Source of the DNA: Balanoglossus misakiensis
Lineage: Eukaryota; Animalia; Hemichordata
Direction: 5' to 3'
NCBI GenBank assembly: GCA_040954595.2
Contig: CM082576.2
Span: 3,570,760 to 3,634,759, forward strand
Length of the DNA: 64,000 nucleotides
Shown: positions 52,593 through 64,000 of the stretch, in pieces
Position numbering within the stretch: the stretch's first letter is position 1
Layout of the letters: every line of letters begins with the position of its first letter
Program-made: the position numbers and the translations under genes
The notes under the pieces: generated by a model
Databases searched by the model: none
What the model saw: the letters and a program-made list of their open reading frames with translations, nothing else
What the model was told of the DNA's origin: nothing

Positions 52593-55500
52593 GTATGGTT
52601 TGGGGACTTAATGAAAGTTATCAAATTTTGCGCTTGCGATTATATAATTTGCATCGATTTGGGGTCCCACAGTCGTTTTCTGGTTGGACGAACTGGGCAT
52701 CAGATAAGAAATCCGACCGTTATAAAATTACGTTCGTGATAGTCAAGTATATAGGTTTGAGTCGTGTCCGTCGCAAGCATTCGCTTCAACATGCGACTGG
52801 GAGCCATTCCATCGGACTTTGCGAGCGATGCATGAACCTGTTATCTCTTAAGGATGACAGTCGCAACAACCAGCGTTGTCGTGTGAATTCATATTCCACA
52901 TGTTCACCGTCTTACGATCAGGTAGATTTGGGTCGTCTAAAATGCCCCGAACTGATTTTTTACAAAGGTATATTTTGCGACAACAGTTGAACACGTATAC
53001 TTGCTTCAGTGCTATGCGGTGCGATTATTGTGCATGGCGTTATCCGTACGAAAATGCACTGACGGTGACCAAACGGTTGTTTAATCATATCTAGCCAAAT
53101 AAAAACTACACGTATTAACCTATTTGTATACTAATTAATATTAAAAACTAAAACTAAAATAATTAAACATTTTAAAGGGGGTATGGGCACAGTGCAGTTC
53201 ATATACTTACAAAAGCCGAATTGTTCCGAAAAAATGCGGAAACCATACCGTCCAATGGCATTGCTAGCTTCGTTCGTTTTCTGATGTGACAAGGTTTAAG
53301 AAACGTAATCAAATAAGTTTCTATGGCGTTTGATGTCGTTTGCTCTTAAGTTTTCCTTATGAATAAAATATAGCTCTCTGTTTATACTCCCAGCCCTGAA
53401 CGCCCCAGCACGGCAGTCCGTGTCTTATGATGGCGTGAAAGCTATTCCTTGAATCGTTTTTATTGAAAAATCCCAATTCCTAAGTAAATGCATTGTCTGT
53501 ACGTCTCTTTCTCTTTCCATCCACCTCTCTCTCGGCCTTTTCGTCTCGGGCGTTTTTGTCAAGCGTCTATTTGGTTTGATTGATTGACTGACTGACGGAC
53601 TGCACTGCGAGTGAAATTGACAAAGCCCGGCATAGAGTAATATCAATTGGCTATTAATTTGCACAATGGAGTGTCGGAATTTGTTTTGACGAAAAGTCGA
53701 CGGCGAAACTGACCTCACTCGATTTTGCTCGCTTAAAAGAGATGACGTCTCTCTGTCAATTTCACGCGATCAGTCGATCGATTATTTTCGAATGTTGATT
53801 TCGTATAGGTATTTGGCGGCTGAAAAAGCGAGTCATTGGTCGCCGGGGTTCGATTCTGCCCCCCCCCCCCCCCGTTTGTTTTTTTATTCACCGCGCAAAT
53901 AAATGCAAAACGCGTGGCATCCACCCAACGACATATCCTCTGGTGGCATTTTAGTGGTAATAAAACTTTGATATACTGATTAAAATTTCAAAGATCTCAG
54001 ATCCAATTTATGTAGAAGAGCCGGTCGGAGCAGGCGCGGTAGCTTCAATTCTGGCGTGGGGGGACATTAACATACGGCGTTGTTGCATCGCTCCAGTGCA
54101 AAGCCAATTGCTATCAAGCTACACGTACAGCCCTTCGCTGTCAGTTAAATTGATCAAATTGTGCCGATCACACAGTACTTGTATATTTAGGAACTTGTCA
54201 GTATTATGGAACTGGAAGGCAGCCACACTATGCTGAAACCAGCAGAATTCGACTCCAGCTACACGTATTTAGCTTATCAACAGCCTGGTAAATATTTCCA
54301 AACTTATTTCTCTTCCTCTTCCTCCGTTCTGTCGTTTTGTTTTCGTGGCAAGACTTCGATCTGTGATCGTTTGATATAATCTCACTTATCTTATGAGGTT
54401 GTTATGGATGCTGTAGGCTTGAGCTGAAGTTTTGTAATTTTACACTTCGCATCGGATGGTTCATTTTTTTCCGTAATTCGCGTTTTGCTGGAGTTCGAAA
54501 ACGGTAGGCACAAGAGAAGAGATAAACCGAAATCGAATTCTCTCTCTCTGTTCGAAATCTCCCTCTCGATTCGAAATCTCTCTCTCATATCTAAGATTGC
54601 GAGTCAGTTGTCCCCTCCATTTAATGCACTTTCATAGCCGTTTTCAGTTCTTTATTCTGAGCATTCACAGTGTATGTTCAGGGGAAACTGAGCGCCATTA
54701 TCGACAGTGGGAGAGTAAGTGTTCGAAGTAACACAAGGCGCCGAGCGCGCCTCGTCGCATAAAACTTTCATGGCTCTCTTGTGGACAGGCATTTATTTAA
54801 CTTGATTTCAACCCTGCTTTCGGCGACTGCTGACTTATTGCTTTTTTTCTTTTCTTCACCATATACTCTTTATCCGAGCAAAGCGACAAATAAACGGTTT
54901 CTTATTTTAATCCACCAGTGAAAATATGCCAAGCGGGAATAGTTGTGTCGTGTGTGTTTGAATCATATTTTGAGCTCGGCTGATATCAGATGGAGATGTG
55001 TTTGAGCGATGCGGCGTCGACGTGCGTGTATCGCTTAACCGCATCTAATGGAAAACACATAGCAGGGTTTGATCCTCTAATGGAGAAGGCAGATACGACG
55101 GCAAATCCTCAGAGTATTTTCAAATAAATGATGAATTGGACAATATGATAGTCTTATGTCTAATTTCACAGACGGTGGCGAATTTCCGAGCTAACTCGCC
55201 AGGTTCGCGTGTTCCATTTTAAAAATCCACAAAATAGCAGATTGATGTGTGTGACACCGTCACGAAAAACACAACTTTTCCTTTTTGTAAAAAAAAAATT
55301 CTGAAGACCAATGAACCAGAAACGATTGATGGATCTTCGATGAAATATTTGAAATATAGAACGACTCGGAAGTACCAGGGTCGGTACTCCCGGTAAAAGC
55401 GAGATAATTATCAGTCATGTCCACACGTCAAAACTCATCGAGTGTATTTGCGTTCATCCGAGTATGCACAATTGTTTTGGCTGACGGATTCCAGCGCAGT

Positions 55501-56229
55501 GCCTAAATGTATATCTGATATTTATCTTCTTTCTTGAAATAACAAAAACTAACAAAAACAACACAATTCTTTTTTTCATTTGAAAGTACTCGAGAGAAAT
55601 GATAAATTCGTTCGAACGACCCTGTAAGAGTCTGGCGAAGGGCATAAAACGCATGAGATGTAAAGCGTCTTTTTCTCACTTGACATGCCAAGTTATATTG
55701 AAACACCCTAATTATCACCTCTTAGAACACTTTATAAAATCAACCGCTGTAATTTAAAAGTAATATTTCATTCCTTGGTTTATTTTCGGCGCATTGTTAT
55801 TTTCCTATCAGGATCAAAGATATGTCTGAACGGACCATGAAAGTCTGACATAAGTGTGAGCATGGTTTGATCTCCTTCGAGTTTTTATTAAATCGAAAGA
55901 AAAACAAATATATACCAAATGAAACGAACTTGTACTCTATAGTCTTTCTTAAAGGGTAAATTTTCTTAAAGGGACAATTACTGGTTCTAGTAATAAATAG
56001 GGTTGACATATGCGGTGGAAAGCCTTCGTTTTCTATTGAAATGTGTAAAAAGTTGATTAAAAGGTGAATTTTAGTTTCTAGCGACAAATGAGTGAAGTTG
56101 CCCATCCCGTGGAAAGCATCAGTCCAAATCAAGTCGTTGACTTGAAACTCGAATCACGCGGGACAAGAGTTGCAAAAAGCCCCGCATAGGATGAAAATAG
56201 GCGTATAAACTGTGCACGTTTCATTTCAG

Positions 56230-56528
56230 GGGAAGGCCCGGAAGGAGCGTTTAAAAAGTTAAAGCCGAGCGACGGTACGGCGCCCAGTGCCTCGGCACCG
56301 ACGGGCAGTGCCGGAGCGGCGACGGGACCGAGTCATTCCAGTTCAATTAGCGGCAGTTCAAGCGGAGGGACAACCTGTCCGACACCGGCCAGGCGCCGGC
56401 ATCGCACCACGTTCACCCAGGAACAGCTGCAGGAGTTGGAGTCGGCCTTCGCCAAGAGTCACTACCCTGACATCTACTGCCGAGAAGAGCTAGCCCGAGT
56501 GACCAAGTTAAACGAAGCAAGAATTCAG
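56230..56528 (+). CDS. Prop1: PRD-class homeobox exon of the Prop family (PROP1 / unc-42 / CG32532 group); gene is 3'-partial
   Basis: tttcag|GG GAA GGC CCG... encodes [15 protein letters not shown]...[49 protein letters not shown]|gtaaat. Homeodomain residues 1-46 occupy 56391-56528, with the characteristic PRD-class intron between residues 46 and 47. [13 protein letters not shown] and [23 protein letters not shown] are the invertebrate Prop/unc-42 signature as recalled. This frame is missing from the ORF track. Confidence 0.92.
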
Positions 56529-59500
56529 GTAAATACCCGCGTTAACACTTGGATTCGATCATCTCGTCTTGAGTAGAGTCTGGCCATAGTATTGCACAGA
56601 AACTTAGAAAATTACAATTCCTTTGAAAACCCTTGCCAATACACATTGTTTTCGGTGAAAATTTTGAACATTCTGTATATACAATGGGCCGCGGAACGTC
56701 GCTCCCAAGAAAGGTGCCGAAATTCTACTTATCTAAAATCTCGGAAATCAAGAAGGTATGGGTCAAATTGGGAGAAATGCGGTCAGAGCAATCGGCTGTG
56801 AAGAAAACACTGAAAGTTTTCGTTGTTTGTATGTCCACTGACAGAAAACATATGATTCCCTTTGTTTCTGGTTATAGACCCTGAAATGTCTTATCATAAA
56901 CGTTGATCAGTTCAATGGCATTGCCGCTTCAAAAGGTACCAAGAACGTAAACGTGTTTAATCATACTCGAAAGAGGGAGACTAGAGAAAAATGACAATTA
57001 TGTCACACTTGTGAAATCGTTGTTAAAATAAAACATTCAATGTTGCCAGGGACAGTTTCCAATAATACCAACGGATTGTTGATAAAAATTTGGATTTCGG
57101 CAGATGGGGACGTGATCCCTTGCAAAAATGTTATATCACTCCAAAATGAAATCTTGCTTGTAGTGAAACATCACAGAACTAGTTGTATGGGGAAGGGGGA
57201 ATCAGATATTGACAATGACGTAAATGTGTCGTAAAACGAACACTGTTAGGCCAGGCCATGTCAATATAGGACCCAGTGGAAACTGTGATTTACCATTTCT
57301 GTTTGAAAACACTTTTACTGTTACGTCTGCGGTAATAGTTTATTTCCCTGGCTTTGTTTGAAATATACCTGCCAAAAATACACTGGCTGACCCCTCGTCG
57401 ATGATTTAACCCTAAGACGTGTTCTTATTCTGGCTGATCACGTTTTCTTGTGAACTGCTAAAATGTTTGGCTGGCCCTGAGAGAAGGGGGAAGCCACGGC
57501 GAATTGGGCTTTTAGCGGTAGTGGGTTCTTAGCAAGCAGTGACCGCATTTGATACTGGATAGCCCCGTAAAGTAATGTTTGTATAGAAGAGTCTTTTATG
57601 TATTCTGTCTCCCAAGAGTTCACCTGTAGGTAATGCACTGCGCCGGATGCAGCGCTGCCAACTCGCATTCACATCATCGCATCGACATTTCTGCGAGCCG
57701 CACACTCTCAACGAGATCTGCTTACGCGATCCATCGCGCCCTTGCTTTTCTTCCCGCCTTTATGCATTCGTCTCATGGAGGACTTTTTAACAGATAGATG
57801 TTCCGGCGCGCTGGGTGATTTGACAGGGTCCTGAAAGTTCGGGAAGTGGGCCCGTTTGAAGAGAGCACCGACTTGACAATTTGCTGTTTTGCGTTAGAGG
57901 GCTCCGCACAGGTAGTCACCCGCGATTCAGCGCTTGATGAAGCTGTCTCTCTCTCTCTCTCTGTATGTTGTGCGCGCTACTCTGTCGGCGTAGCAGAGGT
58001 CGTGGCCTGTGACCGGAAAAATTCAGTTGAATGGTAGAGTACCCCGTTAGCGGCTCCACCACTCAGAACCAAATGAATATTTTGCTCGCAAGGATTGCTC
58101 TGCGCGTAAACAACCGACATTAATTAATGGCCACACACGTTTTATTCGTTCCATTACATCCAACACCGGGCTACAGATATCAACTGAAAACCTATTCTAT
58201 GGTTTTGCCGCTATGTGAAATGTGAAACACTGAAAAATAAAATATTTTTCTTCAAAATCTAAACGCCTAAAGTAAAATGATAAATACAGTTATTAGACCA
58301 ACATACACCAATCTTTAGTGCGAGCCACTTCATTCAAGATTTTGAACGAAATATTGACTGAAAAATCTGATCATGCCAGATGCCAATATCAGACAAGTGA
58401 CCAGTCTGTTATGTTCATCCTTTTTCGTTGTGATTTTCAATAGTGTCTAAATTTAAATTAAATGGAATATTTAAGCTTAGATCGATCTCAAAGATCAAAG
58501 TGACAAGTGAAATTTGAATGAGCGGAGAATAAGAGAAGGATAATTCAGTCCCGATCATCGCAACATTGTTTGAAAATCAAATATATTTAGTACCGATAAT
58601 TTGATCCATTAAAACCGTGCTATACGAATGCATGCACATACTTGGTCCATGTAAAGTCAATATTTATACCCGATAATTCTCATAGAGTACTATGAGAAAA
58701 TAACTCCACGAGAACACCTCTAATCCGATTTTAAATACAGCAATTTGTCAGGGGAAAACAACAGATAACCGGTTGGGTAGGGGTGGCAATTAATAGCCGT
58801 GTAACTCGATAAGAGAGCTGATGAAAACAGATATACCCCCACGACATTTGCTCTCGATATTTACCGGGGGTGTTTGGTTTCGACGCTGGCTGCCCGTCGA
58901 AATATCTGAGTTTTTATTTACACCGGGTTAAGATACTAGCACCGATACACGCGATAATCGCGCGGATCGGTTTCCCCACCTGCGGGAATTGGAGATGTCG
59001 GGCCGGTGCCAAATTAAAACCCGCGTTTTCTGCTACTGTCAAAATCGTTCTGGGTGACGCCTGTCCTCAACGGGTATAGGCCATTCCCTAGATGTGCTGC
59101 CATCTATATGTATATTCTGGAGTTGGATAGCTAGGTTTGTTATGTCAATGTGACCATGCACCATACTGTTTCTCTTTCAGTATATACGAAAATAAAATCA
59201 TCAGTCATTTTAAAAGTGTGATACAGATGAAAAAAAAGTATATATAATGCTGTTACGATTGAAGCAATTTAAATTTCACAATTTGCCTGACCAAACGTTG
59301 AGAAAAATACCCTCGGAGAAGGAGATGGAAAATACATTCGCTTTTTATCATTTTTGATAGCTGGTAAGCAGCTTCACTACATTAGACCCTGCATAACTGA
59401 AAAGTACAATTACCCCAGGAAAGTATACAAAAATTGATGACCAAAATTATTTCATGCTTCCTGTGAGACATATACTTACACAGACAAGTGGCTCGCGACT

Positions 59501-62500
59501 AAACATGCATTCTGCTCAATTCTTTACACCGTTTAATTTTCGAAGATACTAGTGGGGGATGCAATCTGCGATGGAGTTTTAAAATTTTTGCAATACACTC
59601 CGCAATCTCCCGGGACCGAACCTCAGCGACAACTGCGAAAGCGTGCCGGGCCAGAAGTAGCCGCGGAGAGCGCTGTCAAGGAGAGCTGCATAATGGGACG
59701 CTGAAACAATTGAGCGCTGTAGAGTTAGTGCCGGCTAATGGCGGCCTTTGCACGGAAGGTAGCAGAGCGGAAACGTCCTAGCTAAAAGCAGCGCGCGGAG
59801 AGAGAGAGAACAAAAAATGTTCCAAGTCGCGAGGTTGAATTCTTAAATGGATAGAGACAAGATGCACACACAAGCAATTACCGAGTAAAAACAAGATACA
59901 CAACAAATGTAATATTAAATTTATAATAACTATGTGATTATTAAATCCATATTTGTCGTTTATTGAGTGTTATTAACCCGGGGAAGGTATTTAGTATTCA
60001 CTGCGTAGTCAAATGTGTTAAATGGATATGATGAAATGAACATGTCAAATTGAATGACGGCTTACGTCACGCACACTCCATGATGTAGCGCTTCACCCAG
60101 ACGCTCAATCCCCATCTCTCCATGTTAGTTGGCAAAAAAATCGGTTTGCATTTTGTTGATTTGAGGTTTTGAGTTTTCAAATTTATAAAAATGTTTACAA
60201 CTATTAACATTCTCAAGACAAGATTTCTTAAATTTCAAAACAAAAATGATACTGAAATCGCGTCTAGTCGTTATTTCAGTTGATAGTCGAACGAGTATAC
60301 CCTAAAACATAAACGAAAGAGAACCTAGAACTTTTTGGGTTGTGTAGCAATTGTTTTCTTAATAGTATTGAAACTACCGGTATATTGTGCATTTCCTAAC
60401 AGGTTGGCCAGCCACTTCACGTTCACGCCACTGCACACAAACTTTGCGCACGTGCGGGGGCCAAATCTCGCGAGTGCCTCCCTATGCACGTTTTGGCGCA
60501 CAAAAGAGAGGGGGATAGTTTTAGCCTTTGTTCGGGCCACAATAGAGCACCGCTGGAGTCTTGCCGTACATTTACCGCAGAGAAGTGGTTTGCTCGCTGT
60601 CTGCCACTACAATTGACTCGTCAATCTCTCTCCCCCGATCACTAAGTACATTTTTATTGAGCAACACCATCCAGAACAATGGCCCATTTTTCGAACTCGC
60701 TAAAAAATCTGTCCGGTCTTGTTTTGAAACAAGACAGGAATTTTTCGCAGTACAGTACATACGGGCAATCCCGTTGTCACATCAGCTACCGTCCTCCGAA
60801 AAGTGTACAGCGCATAGGTAATTGCAGTACAAGTAGCGGCAAATGAAATACTTATAATTATTTAATAATAATAATACCACAACCCTATTAATAATTTTCG
60901 CTGATAATCGGATCAAAACCCTTCCCGAGACGGTTTACAGCGCAGCCTCTTTTAACTATAGGTGTACGACATTAATCTGTTTAAAATGAGAGCTTAACCT
61001 CTGAAACAGTTTACGCTAATTATCTGATTTTTGTTGATTTCCAACCCTGTCTGTTGTCTTCAATCACCGTAAACAACGAAGCGCTGATCGTCGAAGCGTC
61101 ACCAGTTTATGAACGAGACAGACACTACACAGTTCACGGTAAATTGTCCGCGTCAAATTGATTACGCGTGAATAAAACGAAGTGGCTGGACTGCCGGGAT
61201 CGGACTGTCGCAAAACCGATACAATTGAATAAGGCTTCTGTATAAAGCATTCTGCAAATCGGTTTAAACCAAACGCCAGCGAACGCAAATCTTGTTCCGG
61301 TAGTACGTGTACAGTACACGTATATCTGTGGCAGTTTGCTAAAGAATGCCAACGTTGCTCCTGTTTTGATATTAACAGTGGTGTAGGCACCTTGACACGC
61401 CCATTGCGAGACACCTCTTACTTATGAGTTGTGTGATCGACAAATCGATATATCGATTAAATTAAGTTTATCGATTTAAGTGGACGTTTATTTTGTTGAA
61501 AATGGAACAAGTTCAGCTGAATGCAAAATTTTACTGAATATGCACACCCGGGTTTCAAATAGTGCTGACTAACCCAGGTGTAAATTTGTGAACATGGCTT
61601 TTTTTTTTTACAAACCACGGGAACCTGATCAACATTGACTCCGAAATCCTCTGCATATGTGCACTGTGAGACAGCGTGTACTCGGGCTATTTACGAAGGT
61701 TAAATGTTGACATTACTTTTGCATGAGGGCCGATGGCCTTAGAACGCCGCAAGTTGTACCCGTATTCCCTTCTGGCAATGCTGAACCCAAGTTCGCAATC
61801 GGTATTCAGTTTTCGCTGTCAAATCTGTATATGCAAATGGCACTCAATGGCAGGAAACAGACTGAAGTTTGGTACCGAGTCATGTAATTGTTTAATTCGC
61901 TTTAAACGTTATTAGAACAACCACTCTTCGATTTCGTATTTTAAACGCTGAGAAAAATGCTTTTCTCCACGTGAGGGGGGGGGGGGTGGCTTGCTGTACA
62001 GTAACGGGCAGGTATACCCTATGGATGTTTCTTTGAATGATGGGAGTGTCGCAAGTCTACATTTTTGGCCAATGTTGGTGCCATCGTTTTAAGTCTACCA
62101 AATGTTGGGCCAAAGGTCAAATGCAGAACCTAAAGTCAAAAATACATTTTATTAAAAGTCCCTTGACTAAAAGGCTACATGGGGTGACAGTGGGAGCCCG
62201 GGGGTGTCAATACTATGGTACATAAATGTACATAATTTCAATGGGAGTGCCCGGGGGTTTTCCTCTTTGAACATCAAGGCAAATAAGCGGGTGCATATTG
62301 GTGGACGAGCGATTGATCTTGACAATGCCATCTGTCAGTTAAGATGGTGATCAAGTATTGGGAGGAAAATCGTGGTCGCCGTGCATACATCTTACGGAGA
62401 TATAGTCTTAGAGCTTTCTAGCACCAATATCAACGCGAAATACCAAATACCAACGAGAATAAGGCACCCAAACACTTTCTTGTCTGTGTGTTGTGCATCA

Positions 62501-64000
62501 GCTGCAAGTTCTTTCAAGTGGCAACTGATGAGCAAATTTCACTTCTGGAAACAGGAAATAAACTCTCGGGGAAAAATGACCCGACGAAATTTTGAACCGG
62601 AAAGCCATGAAGACAGCATCATTGCATGATCATATGATGACTCGATGAATCACCGCGTCCAAGACACGACTGTCATACTTGATGTGGTTCATTTCCATGA
62701 CAACAGAGAGGACAATCTGGCGGTTTGAAGAGCGCGTAATTGTGGCAGCGGAAACAAGGTACAAGGCTGGTCCACCAACGCGTGACCTCTGACCCCGGTG
62801 ATGAAGCGTGTGGATGAATCCGCTCGTCCCGCGCAGTCCAGGTGGAATTCGCTGATGGGTTAGTCACGCAACGTGACAAATAGAAAGAAGCCAGTCATTT
62901 TAGCTTTTGTGTATTTAATTATCGGTCATTCTTTTAAACGCGGCCTTTCCTTGCAAATCAAAAATACGTGCAAAATACCACTGCGTATCATCCGTGCTTT
63001 TTAGCCGCAGGTTTAATCAAGTAAAAAAACAACCATTCAAAATGTGACAGGCTCTGATACAAAAAGATATATTGTTTACAAGACTTCATGTCGGATTCGA
63101 TCAAAAAACTTGAAGCGCACCCGGTCAATGACATTTCTAAACACACAACCAACACGTTCAACAAGGAGGCCATTATCACAAACTTGAACGAAATTAGCAC
63201 CGTTTGGCAAGAGATGTTGTACTTTACCCTTCGTAAAAAGGGGAAACTTGTAATATATCTGAATGGGCTGAGTTTTTGAAATGTAACATATCTGCTAATT
63301 GAAATGGACATCGTTCTGTGATCTGAACCCCCAACATTGTTTTCTGAGCCGAACGCATGTGGCGATCTTGCACGCCACAGCGCACGCTTCACATGTGCGT
63401 ATCATTTCTATACGCTCGCGTATTTGTACAATTTGTTGGTCGCCATTACGCGCGCGTGCAGGGTTTCCAAAGTAACCAAATCAACGACGAGTTTATTGGG
63501 GGTCTTTTGGGCGAAATTAGGAAAATAGCCGTTTAACCGGGCCGGGTAAACGAAGTAACAGTGGCCGCCCTAATCAAGTCACTTTACGGTTAAATCGAAT
63601 GTCGTTATGTGGTACGGGGAAGGACGAGGTGGCAGTGCAGAGCAGAGCCGGAGCGGCTCGACGTTTTTTTTGCGGGTTTGCGCTTTGTCGGGCTGAGCTC
63701 TCGATGTCAGACCGGCGTGGTCAGCGGAAGGTTTTCGGCGCGAAAGTCTCGATGTCTTCGTTTTAATATTTGTTTAAGACTTGTTTAATATTCGGCATGC
63801 CTAGCCCAGGGGGATAATTGATGCGTTGCATGACTAATAGATTGATGAAAGACTCAATGCTGCTGATGAGGGCGACACGGTGGTAATTTGAAGAAAAACT
63901 GAACAGAGCCGAGGTCTATTAGCGAGCTGCCACTCTTCATTTGTGAACCTTATTCTCAAGGGTGCCGTCTAATGTTTAGTCAAAAAATTACAGATTTTCT

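Noticed and set aside
53815-53860. Pol III B-box-like GGTTCGATTC (tRNA or SINE?)
   Set aside because: No convincing A-box or cloverleaf stems around it.
56287-56493. ORF-track protein [12 protein letters not shown]...
   Set aside because: Wrong frame; it overlaps the real homeobox exon, which is read in another frame.

Overview
Eukaryotic (intron-rich, invertebrate bilaterian-type) genomic DNA with four parts. (1) 79-8279 (+): the 3' portion of the spliceosomal helicase gene Aquarius (AQR), 31 coding exons read directly with GT-AG introns of 99-326 bp. (2) 9467-10226 (-): a convergent two-exon TMEM35B-like (DoxX/NACHO family) gene. (3) ~17070-42695: a ~25.2 kb, ~290-copy 87-bp AT-rich satellite. 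It is joined head-to-head to a short array of a diverged 87-bp unit that best matches its reverse complement, giving a strongly asymmetric foldback-like structure. The satellite has internal higher-order repeats and zoned variants, and all the long ORFs in this interval are artefacts of the 87-bp period. (4) 50433 to beyond the window end (+): a PRD-class homeobox gene of the Prop1/unc-42 family, with its promoter, 2-3 coding exons and the first 46 homeodomain residues, set in a large non-coding, CpG- and TAAT-rich region. The most unusual feature is the inverted two-arm satellite architecture inside this homeobox gene's upstream region. No prokaryotic systems, tRNA/rRNA genes or transposase ORFs were recognised.
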